Shown here in pieces: positions 41,606 to 52,450 of a stretch of 64,000 nt of DNA. Source of the stretch: Escherichia coli (lineage in GTDB: Bacteria; Pseudomonadota; Gammaproteobacteria; Enterobacterales; Enterobacteriaceae); NCBI RefSeq assembly GCF_013122565.1, contig NZ_CP053258.1; one strand, given 5' to 3'. Within the stretch, counting starts at the first letter, position 1; the number at the start of each line of letters is the position of its first letter. The position numbers and the translations under genes were made by a program. The notes under the pieces are model-generated. The model ran no database searches, was not told the DNA's origin, and saw nothing but the letters and a program-made list of their open reading frames with translations.

Positions 41606-42427
41606 ATGATGCACAGGTTGAATCTCAATGGCTATGAACCCGACCGACACCATGAAGCCGCGGTCGCATTTTGTATTCACGCCGGAACGGATGAGTTAAC
41701 CAGTCCTGTACATCAGCACCGCAAAGGACAGCTGATACTGGCATTACATGGTGCAATTACCTGTACGGTGGAAAATGCTTTGTGGATGGTGCCGCCACAA
41801 TATGCGGTTTGGATACCGGGCGGGGTGGAACATAGTAATCAAGTGACAGCTAACGCTGAACTCTGTTTTCTGTTTATCGAACCCAGCGCAGTGACAATGC
41901 CGACAACATGTTGCACATTGAAAATATCGCCCTTATGCCGGGAATTAATTTTAACTCTGGCAAACAGGACGACGACTCAGCGTGCTGAGCCGATGACCCG
42001 CAGATTAATTCAGGTCCTGTTTGATGAACTCCCTCAGCAGCCACAACAACAGCTGCACCTACCCGTTTCTTCTCATCCTAAAATCCGCGCGATGGTGGAG
42101 ATGATGGCGAAAGAGCCCGTCGAGTGGGGGTCATTGGGGCAATGGGCTGGCTTTTTTGCGATGAGTGAACGCAATCTTGCCCGACTGATAGTAAAAGAGA
42201 CGGGGTTGAGTTTTCGCCAGTGGCGACAGCAGTTACAGCTGATTATGGCGCTTCAGGGATTAGTGAAAGGCGATACTGTACAGAAAGTTGCTCATACGCT
42301 GGGGTATGATTCAACAACGGCCTTTATTACTATGTTTAAGAAAGGCCTGGGGCAAACGCCAGGCCGATATATTGCGGGATTAACTACTGTTTCCCCACAA
42401 TCAGCGAAACCAGACCCGCGGCAATAA
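41606..42427 (+). CDS. nimR: AraC-family regulator NimR (YeaM)
   Basis: ORF track, 273 aa. Cupin N-domain plus C-terminal AraC HTH. Divergent from nimT. Confidence 0.9.
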
Positions 42428-42830
42428 GCGGGCCAACCGGTACGCCGCGAAACAGCGCTACGCCTAAAACAGTGCCCACCAGCAGCCCAGCAACCAGTTG
42501 CGGCTGGCTGCCCATTAACGTCACGCCGCGCCCACCCAGCCAGGAGACAATAACGCCTACTGCAATTGCCACCAGCGATTTCCAGTTCAGAAACGAGTGA
42601 ATCAAGGTTGAGGGCGGTAGCGTCCCGCTGGCGATGGGGGCCATAACGCCAATCGTCAGAATGATTATCCCGATACTTAGCCCCTGTTTTTCAATCCACG
42701 GGAAAAAGGTGCTTAACGGTGTGACGCGGACAATGATCAACACCAGAATTGAAACGGCGACAGTGGTGTTATGACTGATAAAGCCCAGCGCAGCTAACCC
42801 GAGCAGGATCAGCAAAGTGACATCAAACAT
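42384..42830 (-). CDS. yeaL: DUF441 inner membrane protein YeaL
   Basis: ORF track, 148 aa ([36 protein letters not shown]...). The 3' end overlaps the nimR 3' end by 44 nt (convergent). Confidence 0.9.
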
Positions 42831-42999
42831 CGTGGTTTCCTTGCCAAAAAATAATAAGCCTGCTTACTTTACGCTTGCTGCAGGAAGGAAGTAGAAAATC
42901 TTTACGTTTTTTGCATAAAAAATCAGGCGAACTGTCATCAAACTGCCATTTGTGCACGCTAACAATAACGTGAAAACAGCTATCTCCCGGGGGCATGCT

Positions 43000-43104
43000 A
43001 TGAACGATCAAATGTTCGTCGAGACACTGATTATCACGTCATCGTTTTTTGCCATTGCGGTTGTGCTGGTTTTGTCCGTTCTGCTTATTGAACGGACAGG
43101 CTAG
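43000..43104 (+). CDS. yoaI: Small membrane protein YoaI (34 aa)
   Basis: Read directly from DNA: ATG 43000, [34 protein letters not shown]-stop. Matches YoaI. Its stop abuts the yeaK stop. Confidence 0.8.
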   Translation: MNDQMFVETLIITSSFFAIAVVLVLSVLLIERTG

Positions 43105-43608
43105 TTACGCAGTGCGGCGGAAATTGATCAGTTCTGGTTGCGCAATGCGCAAATAATCCGCGGTTTTCAAAATAACGGATTTATCCAGCATGCCTGCATT
43201 GAAGGCGATTTCATCAAATCGTTCGAAGAGTAGGGGGTCGGCAACCAGTTTGAGTTTTGGATGGAAGCTGAAAGGGGGGATCGCGCCGAAGACACAGCCT
43301 GTGAGTTCATCGACTTCCGCCGGGCTGGCCAACGAAGCGCGTAATCCGCCTATATGGCTGGCGAGTTGGCTCAGATCGGCCTGTTGATCGGCAGCGAGGA
43401 TCGCCAGAACATGTTGATTTACGCCATTGCCTTTGACTTTACATACCAGTGCCTTAGCCCCCTGGCCTAAAGCGGTGCCACGAATTTCTGACACCGCTTC
43501 GCATTTACCTACCGCTTCATGGGTAACGACGCGGAAGTCAGCACCTTCTTGTGATAATAAAGCGATTAACCGCTGATGCGTCACGCTTCCTTTAGCCATT
43601 TCAGTCAT
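43105..43608 (-). CDS. yeaK: YbaK/ProX-family aminoacyl-tRNA deacylase YeaK
   Basis: ORF track, 167 aa (MTEMAKGSVTHQRLIALLSQEGADFRVVTHEAVGK...). Recognised. Confidence 0.9.
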   Translation of the reverse strand: MTEMAKGSVTHQRLIALLSQEGADFRVVTHEAVGKCEAVSEIRGTALGQGAKALVCKVKGNGVNQHVLAILAADQQADLSQLASHIGGLRASLASPAEVDELTGCVFGAIPPFSFHPKLKLVADPLLFERFDEIAFNAGMLDKSVILKTADYLRIAQPELINFRRTA

Positions 43609-43650
43609 TTCACGCTCCTGAGATTACAAGCAAACAACCACAGAAGATTA

Positions 43651-45141
43651 TCATGAACGGCTGTTTTTGTTCTGCTTATTGACATATAAACGCTCATCGG
43701 AAGCTTTATACGCATCATGTAACGTATCGTTTTCTTTCATCGCGTAAATACCGGAAGAGAAGCCAATCTCTTTCTGCGGCGCGATATGTTGCAGACGTTT
43801 TTCGATACGTTCAGGCAGTTGTGCTGCAATTTGCGGCGTCGAATCGACAAGAATGATGCAGAATTCATCGCCACCGAGTCGGATGGCATAATCACTTTTA
43901 CGAATCGACAGTTTAATCGCCTGAGCTAATAACGTAATCGCTAAATCCCCCTCCTGATGACCGAGGGTGTCATTTATTTGCTTTAACTTGTCCATGTCAA
44001 TTGCAATAAACATCACCGAAGAACCGGATTGCACCAGTTTTTGCAACCGCTGCTCCAGTTCAGGGGTTAAAATTTTGCGATTATAGAGTCCAGTCATCGC
44101 ATCACTAATATTTTCTCGCGACACATTTTGGTATAAACGGAAGTGCATCCGCACCATATTCAGCAAAATTAACGCCGTCAAAATCCAGAACAGAACGCTT
44201 TTCCACGAAGACGTGATAAAGTAAAGAATATCAATGGATAACGAGACACGAATGCCGCCCGGTAAGTCATGGACGTAACTGACATACTGGAACAGATTAT
44301 CTTCGCTCTGGTTGATGATAATGTCGCGCCCCGAATCTGTATCGGTTAGCGTGACATTGAGAAAACGCCAGAGGAGAGGGCGGTCATGAGTGTAAAAGAT
44401 ATTCCGCAGATTGTTTTTGTTAATATCCAGCAGCACAATCCCTTTTAGCTGCCCTGCAACATACACCGGCGTCAGCAAACTCATCACGTTCTGTTTAGTA
44501 CGCTGATCCTGGTAAATGCTCGACAATACGGTACGCCCGGTAAATACCTTTTCAATATCTTTGCGATCGATGCCAATACTTCCTGACTGCAGGAAGGACC
44601 AGTTATTCATCGCAAAGTATTCAACATTAACCGGCTCATAAAAATAGACATAGCGGTCATTGAGATCGAGATAATAGTGAAATTTCTCTTCGGCCATCCC
44701 AAGACCTGAACCGTAATCATCCTGGTGGCGGTTGCCTTCCACTGCCTGATCAAAAGCGGGTAATAGTGCTGCAGCTTCCACAATTGTGTCGCAGTCAGTG
44801 GATGCGGTTTGTAGTGTGCCGCGTAAGCCCGGGTATTTATGGGCAGTCAGGTTTAAGCCATGGGTATTATTGGCAGACTCAAAAGCCTCGCAGATGGCGC
44901 GCCGCTGTTCTGGCGACACTTCCGACTGCTCAGCAGCGAGAGCGCGCATCACATGCGCGGCAATACTCTGATTCTGATACTTATCATAAAGAAAGGAGGA
45001 GTCTGCTTTCTGCACGATATAGCGCAGATAGGCACTCATTGCTCTGTCGCTGGCGACAAGTTCAAAAATAAGGAAGGAAGATGTCAGCACAATGACACTT
45101 GCGGCGATAAAATGCCGGAGCATTCTATGGTGCAATTTCAT
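43651..45141 (-). CDS. dgcJ: Diguanylate cyclase DgcJ (YeaJ), periplasmic sensor plus GGDEF
   Basis: ORF track 43651..45321. Start trimmed to ATG 45141 (MKLHHRMLRHFIAASVIVLTSSFLIFELV...), giving 496 aa. Intact RLGGDEFCIIL motif. Confidence 0.9.
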   Translation of the reverse strand: MKLHHRMLRHFIAASVIVLTSSFLIFELVASDRAMSAYLRYIVQKADSSFLYDKYQNQSIAAHVMRALAAEQSEVSPEQRRAICEAFESANNTHGLNLTAHKYPGLRGTLQTASTDCDTIVEAAALLPAFDQAVEGNRHQDDYGSGLGMAEEKFHYYLDLNDRYVYFYEPVNVEYFAMNNWSFLQSGSIGIDRKDIEKVFTGRTVLSSIYQDQRTKQNVMSLLTPVYVAGQLKGIVLLDINKNNLRNIFYTHDRPLLWRFLNVTLTDTDSGRDIIINQSEDNLFQYVSYVHDLPGGIRVSLSIDILYFITSSWKSVLFWILTALILLNMVRMHFRLYQNVSRENISDAMTGLYNRKILTPELEQRLQKLVQSGSSVMFIAIDMDKLKQINDTLGHQEGDLAITLLAQAIKLSIRKSDYAIRLGGDEFCIILVDSTPQIAAQLPERIEKRLQHIAPQKEIGFSSGIYAMKENDTLHDAYKASDERLYVNKQNKNSRS

Positions 45142-45321
45142 GATAAATGGCACTCCTTCGGTTAGTGAAACGAGAAAACCAGATAAAGTTCGATTGCGGC
45201 CTGGCACAGGGGCGCTAATTATACTCATCTCTGCGCCGCTGGGGAGGGGAAATTTAGGGGTAATAGTAATAAATTGTATGCAAAAGCCACGCAAAAAGCA
45301 TGGCTCTGAATATTTTTGCAC

Positions 45322-46797
45322 TTAAATATGATGAATAATCACTTTGTTGCCCCCCTCGCTTTTCGCTTCGCGTAAGGCTTTATCTGCTTCCGTCATGACA
45401 AGCGAGATATTACGCGTGTCACCCGTTGAAAAAACCGTGCCAATACTGATGGTCATTTGTTCAGGAACATCATATCTGTTACTAAAGCCGGTCAGGAGTT
45501 CGACATTTTTACGCATACGTTCCGCAATGATTTTTGCCTGGGCACTATTGAGTTCGGTAAATAGCAAGCCAAACACCTCACCCTCCAGTCGCGCTAAAAT
45601 ATCATCGGGGCGGATGCTTTGCTGGATAATATCGACAATTGAAACCAGCACTTTATCACCCACACGATGTCCCCATTGGGCATTGATACGTTTGAACTGA
45701 TTAATATCAACCAGCATGACACAGAAGTCCTTAACAACAGGTCGCGACAATAATGACTCTACGCTGTTGAAAAAGTAGCGCCGATTATAAATATTGGTCA
45801 GCACATCATGAACTGCCAGTTTGCTGGAGAGTTGCAGTTCCTGAAAAATGTTATAAATCAGAAAAGACACAACAAACAGTTTACTGGAGACTTCAATCCC
45901 GCGACTGATATACCAGATGGTGTAATTATACTCATCCAGAGTCAGTAGAAGTAAGTTACAGCATAGCGATGCCAGACATAATAATGCTATTAACGGCCAT
46001 AGTTCGCTGGCTAATCGTGTACGCATGATAATAAAGAACAGTAAAAATGCCCACAAACAAACCAATATTTTTGTATAGTTGATTCCCCAGGTCGCAGTAT
46101 GGTTGTCCGGACAGTAATCGACGACATACAAAGAATAGTCAGCGTTATAACTGCTCAGATTGTGTGCCAGAAGGGGAAAAACTAAAAAAGGGATCAGCGC
46201 CAGCAACAGGATTGCCATTTTTTTCTTATTGTTGTCAAGGATGTTGTCTTTTCCATAACAAAAGAGCGCCAGCGAGGTTAAACAAATAAAACTGAGTTGG
46301 CGGAAAATATAGAAAATAGAAACATCATTCGACTTTGTCTGAATCAGTGTACTGTCGCTGATAGGTTTATGGATAACAACAATAGTTTCAACTAAATAGA
46401 TAAGGCCACTTAAAAACGCAAGACTTAAAATGAGTGTTGGTAGAATTTGTTTGTTAGTGAAATATTTCATTAACATGAAAAGAAAAATGATGGCGTTAAG
46501 GAAAAACAAAGCCACAACGACCATCAGATAATTCATCTGTGGGATGAGTTTTACATTCGTGTTTTCGTTATATAAGGTGGTGATGCAAAATAAAATTAAC
46601 GTCAGCAATAAACTGAAAATAAAAAAGCTTTGAGCTTTTAATTTTTGTGTACCCATAGAAACCATAAAAAGGAGAGCAATATGAGTGCTGGATTTTATTG
46701 ATGGCAGAGATATATAGTTTTGACCAGGATCAATTTTCGTTAACGATAAAAAATATTTAAAGAATAACCCCAGGGAAATACGTGTTGACCGAATCAT
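45322..46797 (-). CDS. cdgI: c-di-GMP-binding protein CdgI (YeaI), polytopic membrane domain plus degenerate GGDEF
   Basis: ORF track, 491 aa. The GGDEF position reads RLEGEVFGLL (degenerate). The region encoding the N-terminal membrane domain is very AT-rich. Recognised as YeaI. Confidence 0.9.
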   Translation of the reverse strand: MIRSTRISLGLFFKYFLSLTKIDPGQNYISLPSIKSSTHIALLFMVSMGTQKLKAQSFFIFSLLLTLILFCITTLYNENTNVKLIPQMNYLMVVVALFFLNAIIFLFMLMKYFTNKQILPTLILSLAFLSGLIYLVETIVVIHKPISDSTLIQTKSNDVSIFYIFRQLSFICLTSLALFCYGKDNILDNNKKKMAILLLALIPFLVFPLLAHNLSSYNADYSLYVVDYCPDNHTATWGINYTKILVCLWAFLLFFIIMRTRLASELWPLIALLCLASLCCNLLLLTLDEYNYTIWYISRGIEVSSKLFVVSFLIYNIFQELQLSSKLAVHDVLTNIYNRRYFFNSVESLLSRPVVKDFCVMLVDINQFKRINAQWGHRVGDKVLVSIVDIIQQSIRPDDILARLEGEVFGLLFTELNSAQAKIIAERMRKNVELLTGFSNRYDVPEQMTISIGTVFSTGDTRNISLVMTEADKALREAKSEGGNKVIIHHI

Positions 46798-46904
46798 TTT
46801 TCCGAATGATTGTTTTCTGGAACTAAATTGTGTAAAGGTTATGCTGTCATATTTAAAACGATTGTAAGCTAATGTATGTAATAAATGAGATAATTTACAG
46901 TGAG

Positions 46905-46939
46905 CTAAAAATCAGCCAGGCGATAATGACCCGGCTGAT
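46905..46939 (-). terminator. yeaGH operon terminator
   Basis: Minus strand: atcagccggg...cctggctgat hairpin (one mismatch) followed by UUUUU, 5 nt after the yeaH stop. Confidence 0.65.
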
Positions 46940-46943
46940 AGTT

Positions 46944-48239
<1,296 letters not shown>

Positions 48240-48339
48240 CTACATTTGCCAACTGTATGCTACGCCTGTGTTGCCGCTTCTCTGGCCCACGGTTCGCTGT
48301 CGTTGTAGGCCCGGTAGCATGTATACCGGGCCAGGGTTG

Positions 48340-50274
48340 TTAAGACGATTTACGTACGCGCAAATACCATTCGCACAGTAAACGCACCTGTTTACGGGTG
48401 TAGCCTTTTTCCATCATACGGTCGACAAAGTCGTCATGTTTCTTCTGCTCGTCGGTTGACGTTTTGGCGTTAAACGAAATAACCGGCAACAGCTCCTCGG
48501 TATTGGAGAACATTTTCTTCTCGATAACCGTGCGCAGTTTTTCATAGCTGGTCCAGTTCGGATTGCGTCCGCTGTTATTCGCTCTGGCGCGCAGTACGAA
48601 GTTAACAATCTCGTTGCGGAAATCTTTTGGATTACTGATCCCCGCCGGTTTCTCGATTTTCTCCAGCTCGGCGTTAAGAGACTCGCGGTCAAACAGCTGC
48701 CCGGTATCCGGATCGCGATACTCCTGATCCTGAATCCAGAAATCCGCGTAGGTAACATAACGGTCGAAAATGTTTTGCCCATATTCGGAATAGGATTCAA
48801 GGTAGGCCGTCTGGATCTCTTTGCCGATAAACTCGGCATATTTCGGGATCAGATAACCTTTCAGGAACTCCAGATAGCGTTCTGCCTGCTCTTGCGGGAA
48901 CTGCTCGCGCTCGATCTGCTGTTCCAGGACGTAGAACAGATGGACCGGGTTTGCCGCCACTTCTACATGATCGAAGTTGAACACGCGGGAGAGGATCTTA
49001 AACGCAAAACGCGTCGACAGACCGTTCATCCCTTCATCGACACCGGCATAGTCACGATATTCCTGATACGACTTGGCTTTGGGATCGGTGTCTTTCAGAC
49101 TTTCGCCATCATAAACCCGCATCTTTGAATAAATGCTGGAGTTTTCTGGCTCTTTCAGGCGCGAAAGAATGGAAAAACGTGACAGTGTTTCGAGCGTGCC
49201 AGGGGCGCAGGGGGCGTGAGTCAATTCACTGTGATTAAGCAATTTCTCGTAGATTTTGATCTCTTCGGAAATGCGCAAGCAATACGGCACCTTTACGATG
49301 TAAACACGATCGAGGAAGGCTTCGTTGTTTTTGTTATTACGGAAAGTGACCCATTCGGATTCGTTCGAGTGGGCGAGAATAATCCCGTTGAACGGCAGGG
49401 CGGAGATACCTTCCGTCCCGTTGTAGTTACCTTCCTGAGTGGCGGTTAACAGCGGATGCAGCACTTTTATCGGTGCTTTAAACATCTCAACGAATTCCAT
49501 GATCCCCTGATTGGCGCGGCATAGTGCACCGGAATAGCCATAGGCGTCCGGGTCATTCTGCGCGTAGTGTTCGAGTTTACGAATATCGACTTTCCCAACC
49601 AGCGCGGAGATGTCCTGGTTGTTCTCATCACCGGGTTCCGTTTTGGCGATGGCAATTTGTTGCAGAATTGACGGCCAGACCTTCACTACCCGGAACTTAG
49701 TGATATCGCCACCAAATTCATGCAGGCGTTTTGCCGCCCACGGCGACATGATGGTGCCGAGATAACGGCGAGGAATGCCATACTCTTTTTCCAGAATCTG
49801 CGCATCTTCCTGCGGATTGAAAAGACAGAACGGATGATCGTTGACCGGGCTACGCTCACCGTTGGCGCTCAATACATAAATCGGTACGAGCTGCATTAAT
49901 GATTTCAGTCGCTCAGCAAGCGATGATTTACCCCCACCCACAGGCCCCAGCAGATACAGGATTTGTTTCTTCTCTTCCAGCCCCTGAGCCGCGTGTTTCA
50001 GATAAGAGACAATCTGTTCAATCGCGTCTTCCATGCCGTAAAACTCTTCAAATGCCGGATAACGTGCAATGACCCGGTTAGAAAAGAGTCGAGAAAGTCT
50101 GGGTTCCTGGGCTGTATCGACCATGACAGGCTCACCGATAGCCATCAATAGCCGCTCAGCCGCGTTGGCATAAGCACTGCGATCTTGCCGACAAGTGGTA
50201 AGAAACTCCTGCAGTGTGAACTCTTCGTCCTTGGCAGCTTCATATCGCTGGCGATAGTGATCGAATATATTCAT
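48340..50274 (-). CDS. yeaG: PrkA-family serine protein kinase YeaG
   Basis: ORF track, 644 aa. Walker A (GPVGGGKSS). Recognised as YeaG. Confidence 0.95.
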   Translation of the reverse strand: MNIFDHYRQRYEAAKDEEFTLQEFLTTCRQDRSAYANAAERLLMAIGEPVMVDTAQEPRLSRLFSNRVIARYPAFEEFYGMEDAIEQIVSYLKHAAQGLEEKKQILYLLGPVGGGKSSLAERLKSLMQLVPIYVLSANGERSPVNDHPFCLFNPQEDAQILEKEYGIPRRYLGTIMSPWAAKRLHEFGGDITKFRVVKVWPSILQQIAIAKTEPGDENNQDISALVGKVDIRKLEHYAQNDPDAYGYSGALCRANQGIMEFVEMFKAPIKVLHPLLTATQEGNYNGTEGISALPFNGIILAHSNESEWVTFRNNKNNEAFLDRVYIVKVPYCLRISEEIKIYEKLLNHSELTHAPCAPGTLETLSRFSILSRLKEPENSSIYSKMRVYDGESLKDTDPKAKSYQEYRDYAGVDEGMNGLSTRFAFKILSRVFNFDHVEVAANPVHLFYVLEQQIEREQFPQEQAERYLEFLKGYLIPKYAEFIGKEIQTAYLESYSEYGQNIFDRYVTYADFWIQDQEYRDPDTGQLFDRESLNAELEKIEKPAGISNPKDFRNEIVNFVLRARANNSGRNPNWTSYEKLRTVIEKKMFSNTEELLPVISFNAKTSTDEQKKHDDFVDRMMEKGYTRKQVRLLCEWYLRVRKSS

Positions 50275-50709
50275 GGTATGCCGTCCTTTCGTTTTTTAGC
50301 ACAGGTTAAGAGCCGTTCATATGAATAGTAGAGGCTCCCGGAAGAGGTAAACTGAACGACGTCTCTTGCTAAAACACAGCAACTCTCATGCCATTTTATC
50401 GACGATGAGAACAACGTGCCCGGTGATACACCTTCAAAATTAAGCGTAGATGGCAAATGGAAAACTTGCCTGCACGGCTTTCTTAATTTCAATGGCATAT
50501 CAACAACTCATCCATAAATTTTGCATAATTAATGTAAAGACCAGGCTCGCCAGTAACGCTAAATTCATTTGGCTGTAAGCGCGGTGTCATCCGCGTCAGG
50601 AAAATTAAACAGTTACTTTAAAAAATGAAAACGTAAAAAGGTTGGGTTTCGATGTATTGACGGGTAAACTTTGTCGCCCGCTAAACATTTGTTTAAGGAA
50701 TGATTAATT

Positions 50710-51456
50710 GTGACCAAACTCAAACTTCTGGCACTTGGAGTGCTTATCGCAACGTCTGCAGGCGTAGCGCACGCTGAAGGTAAATTTTCCCTGGGCGCAG
50801 GCGTAGGTGTCGTTGAACACCCATATAAAGATTACGATACCGATGTGTACCCAGTACCGGTAATCAACTATGAAGGCGATAACTTCTGGTTCCGTGGCTT
50901 AGGTGGTGGTTACTACCTGTGGAATGACGCAACGGATAAACTTTCAATTACCGCTTACTGGTCGCCGCTTTACTTCAAAGCTAAAGACAGTGGCAATCAC
51001 CAAATGCGTCACCTGGATGACCGTAAGAGCACCATGATGGCTGGTCTGTCTTATGCTCACTTTACCCAGTACGGTTACCTGCGTACCACCCTGGCTGGCG
51101 ATACCCTGGATAACAGCAACGGCATCGTCTGGGATATGGCCTGGTTGTATCGTTACACCAACGGTGGCCTGACCGTGACTCCGGGTATTGGTGTGCAGTG
51201 GAACAGCGAAAATCAGAACGAATACTATTATGGCGTATCGCGCAAAGAGTCCGCTCGCAGCGGTCTGCGTGGCTATAACCCGAACGACAGCTGGAGCCCT
51301 TACCTGGAGCTGAGCGCCAGCTACAACTTCCTCGGCGACTGGAGTGTTTACGGTACCGCGCGCTACACCCGTCTGTCTGATGAAGTTACTGACAGCCCGA
51401 TGGTGGATAAATCCTGGACTGGCCTGATTTCTACCGGGATCACCTACAAATTCTGA
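50710..51456 (+). CDS. mipA: MltA-interacting outer-membrane protein MipA (YeaF)
   Basis: ORF track, 248 aa, GTG start. Signal peptide (MTKLKLLALGVLIATSAGVAHA) and terminal Phe typical of a beta-barrel. Recognised. Confidence 0.94.
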   Translation: MTKLKLLALGVLIATSAGVAHAEGKFSLGAGVGVVEHPYKDYDTDVYPVPVINYEGDNFWFRGLGGGYYLWNDATDKLSITAYWSPLYFKAKDSGNHQMRHLDDRKSTMMAGLSYAHFTQYGYLRTTLAGDTLDNSNGIVWDMAWLYRYTNGGLTVTPGIGVQWNSENQNEYYYGVSRKESARSGLRGYNPNDSWSPYLELSASYNFLGDWSVYGTARYTRLSDEVTDSPMVDKSWTGLISTGITYKF

Positions 51457-51487
51457 TAATGCATCTTTCCAGGGCATTTTGTGCATA

Positions 51488-51512
51488 AAAACAGGGCGTG
51501 ATGCCCTGTTTT
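51488..51512 (+). terminator. mipA rho-independent terminator
   Basis: Stem aaaacagggc/gccctgtttt with loop gtgat. The T-run is part of the 3' arm. Confidence 0.75.
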
Positions 51513-51545
51513 GCATTACGGTGGTGCAATACCTGGGAGGAAACA

Positions 51546-52400
51546 ATGCAACAAAAAATGATTCAATTTAGTGGCGATGTCTCACTGCCAGCCATAGGGC
51601 AGGGAACATGGTATATGGGCGAAGATGCCAGTCATCGCAAAACAGAAGTTGCTGCACTACGCGCGGGCATTGAACTCGGTTTAACCCTCATTGATACCGC
51701 CGAAATGTATGCCGATGGCGGTGCCGAAAAGGTGGTTGGGGAAGCATTAACCGGTCTGCGAGAGAAGGTCTTTCTCGTCTCTAAAGTCTATCCGTGGAAT
51801 GCTGGCGGGCAAAAAGCGATAAATGCATGCGAAGCCAGTTTACGCCGTCTCAATACTGATTATCTCGATCTCTACTTATTACACTGGTCTGGCAGTTTCA
51901 CTTTTGAAGAGACTGTCGCAGCGATGGAAAAATTGATCGCTCAGGGAAAAATCCGCCGCTGGGGCGTTTCTAACCTTGATTATGCCGATATGCAGGAACT
52001 CTGGCAGCTGCCGGGGGGAAATCAGTGTGCCACTAATCAGGTGCTTTACCATCTCGGTTCACGAGGGATTGAGTACGATCTACTCCCCTGGTGCCAGCAA
52101 CAACAGATGACGGTGATGGCTTACAGTCCATTAGCCCAGGCCGGGCGGTTGCGCAATGGGCTGTTAAAAAACGCGGTAGTCAACGAAATTGCACATGCTC
52201 ACAATATCAGCGCGGCACAAGTATTGTTGGCGTGGGTAATCAGCCATCAGGGTGTGATGGCGATTCCAAAAGCGGCCACGATTGCCCATGTCCAACAAAA
52301 TGCGGCTGTGCTTGAGGTCGAACTTTCTTCAGCGGAATTAGCTATGTTGGATAAGGCATATCCGGCACCAAAAGGAAAAACTGCGCTGGATATGGTGTGA
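51546..52400 (+). CDS. yeaE: Aldo-keto reductase YeaE
   Basis: ORF track 51498..52400. Start trimmed to ATG 51546 (MQQKMIQFSGDVSLPAIGQGTWYMGED...), preceded by GGGAGG, giving 284 aa. Confidence 0.92.
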   Translation: MQQKMIQFSGDVSLPAIGQGTWYMGEDASHRKTEVAALRAGIELGLTLIDTAEMYADGGAEKVVGEALTGLREKVFLVSKVYPWNAGGQKAINACEASLRRLNTDYLDLYLLHWSGSFTFEETVAAMEKLIAQGKIRRWGVSNLDYADMQELWQLPGGNQCATNQVLYHLGSRGIEYDLLPWCQQQQMTVMAYSPLAQAGRLRNGLLKNAVVNEIAHAHNISAAQVLLAWVISHQGVMAIPKAATIAHVQQNAAVLEVELSSAELAMLDKAYPAPKGKTALDMV

Positions 52401-52409
52401 TGTTGATGC

Positions 52410-52434
52410 GTGCCGGATGCATCGCACCCGGCAC
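52410..52434. terminator. Hairpin between convergent yeaE and yeaD
   Basis: 7-bp stem gtgccgg/ccggcac with an 11-nt loop. The gccggatgc core is REP-like. Confidence 0.35.
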
Positions 52435-52450
52435 ACAACATTAACGCAAA

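Noticed and set aside
48308-48332. GC-rich hairpins with ggcctaca, gccggatgc or ccggcttcgg cores (48308-48332, 52410-52434, 33490-33532, 55590-55626), considered as REP/BIME elements.
   Set aside because: They resemble REP fragments only partially. I cannot match the full REP consensus by eye, so they are listed only as hairpins or terminators with low confidence.
50275-50709. Possible sigma-54 promoter (TGGCAC-N5-TTGCA) for yeaG, for example around tggcaaatggaaaacttgcc (50451-50470).
   Set aside because: The GG-to-GC spacing is about 16 nt instead of 12, and the element is on the wrong strand for yeaG. I found no convincing match without a PWM scan.
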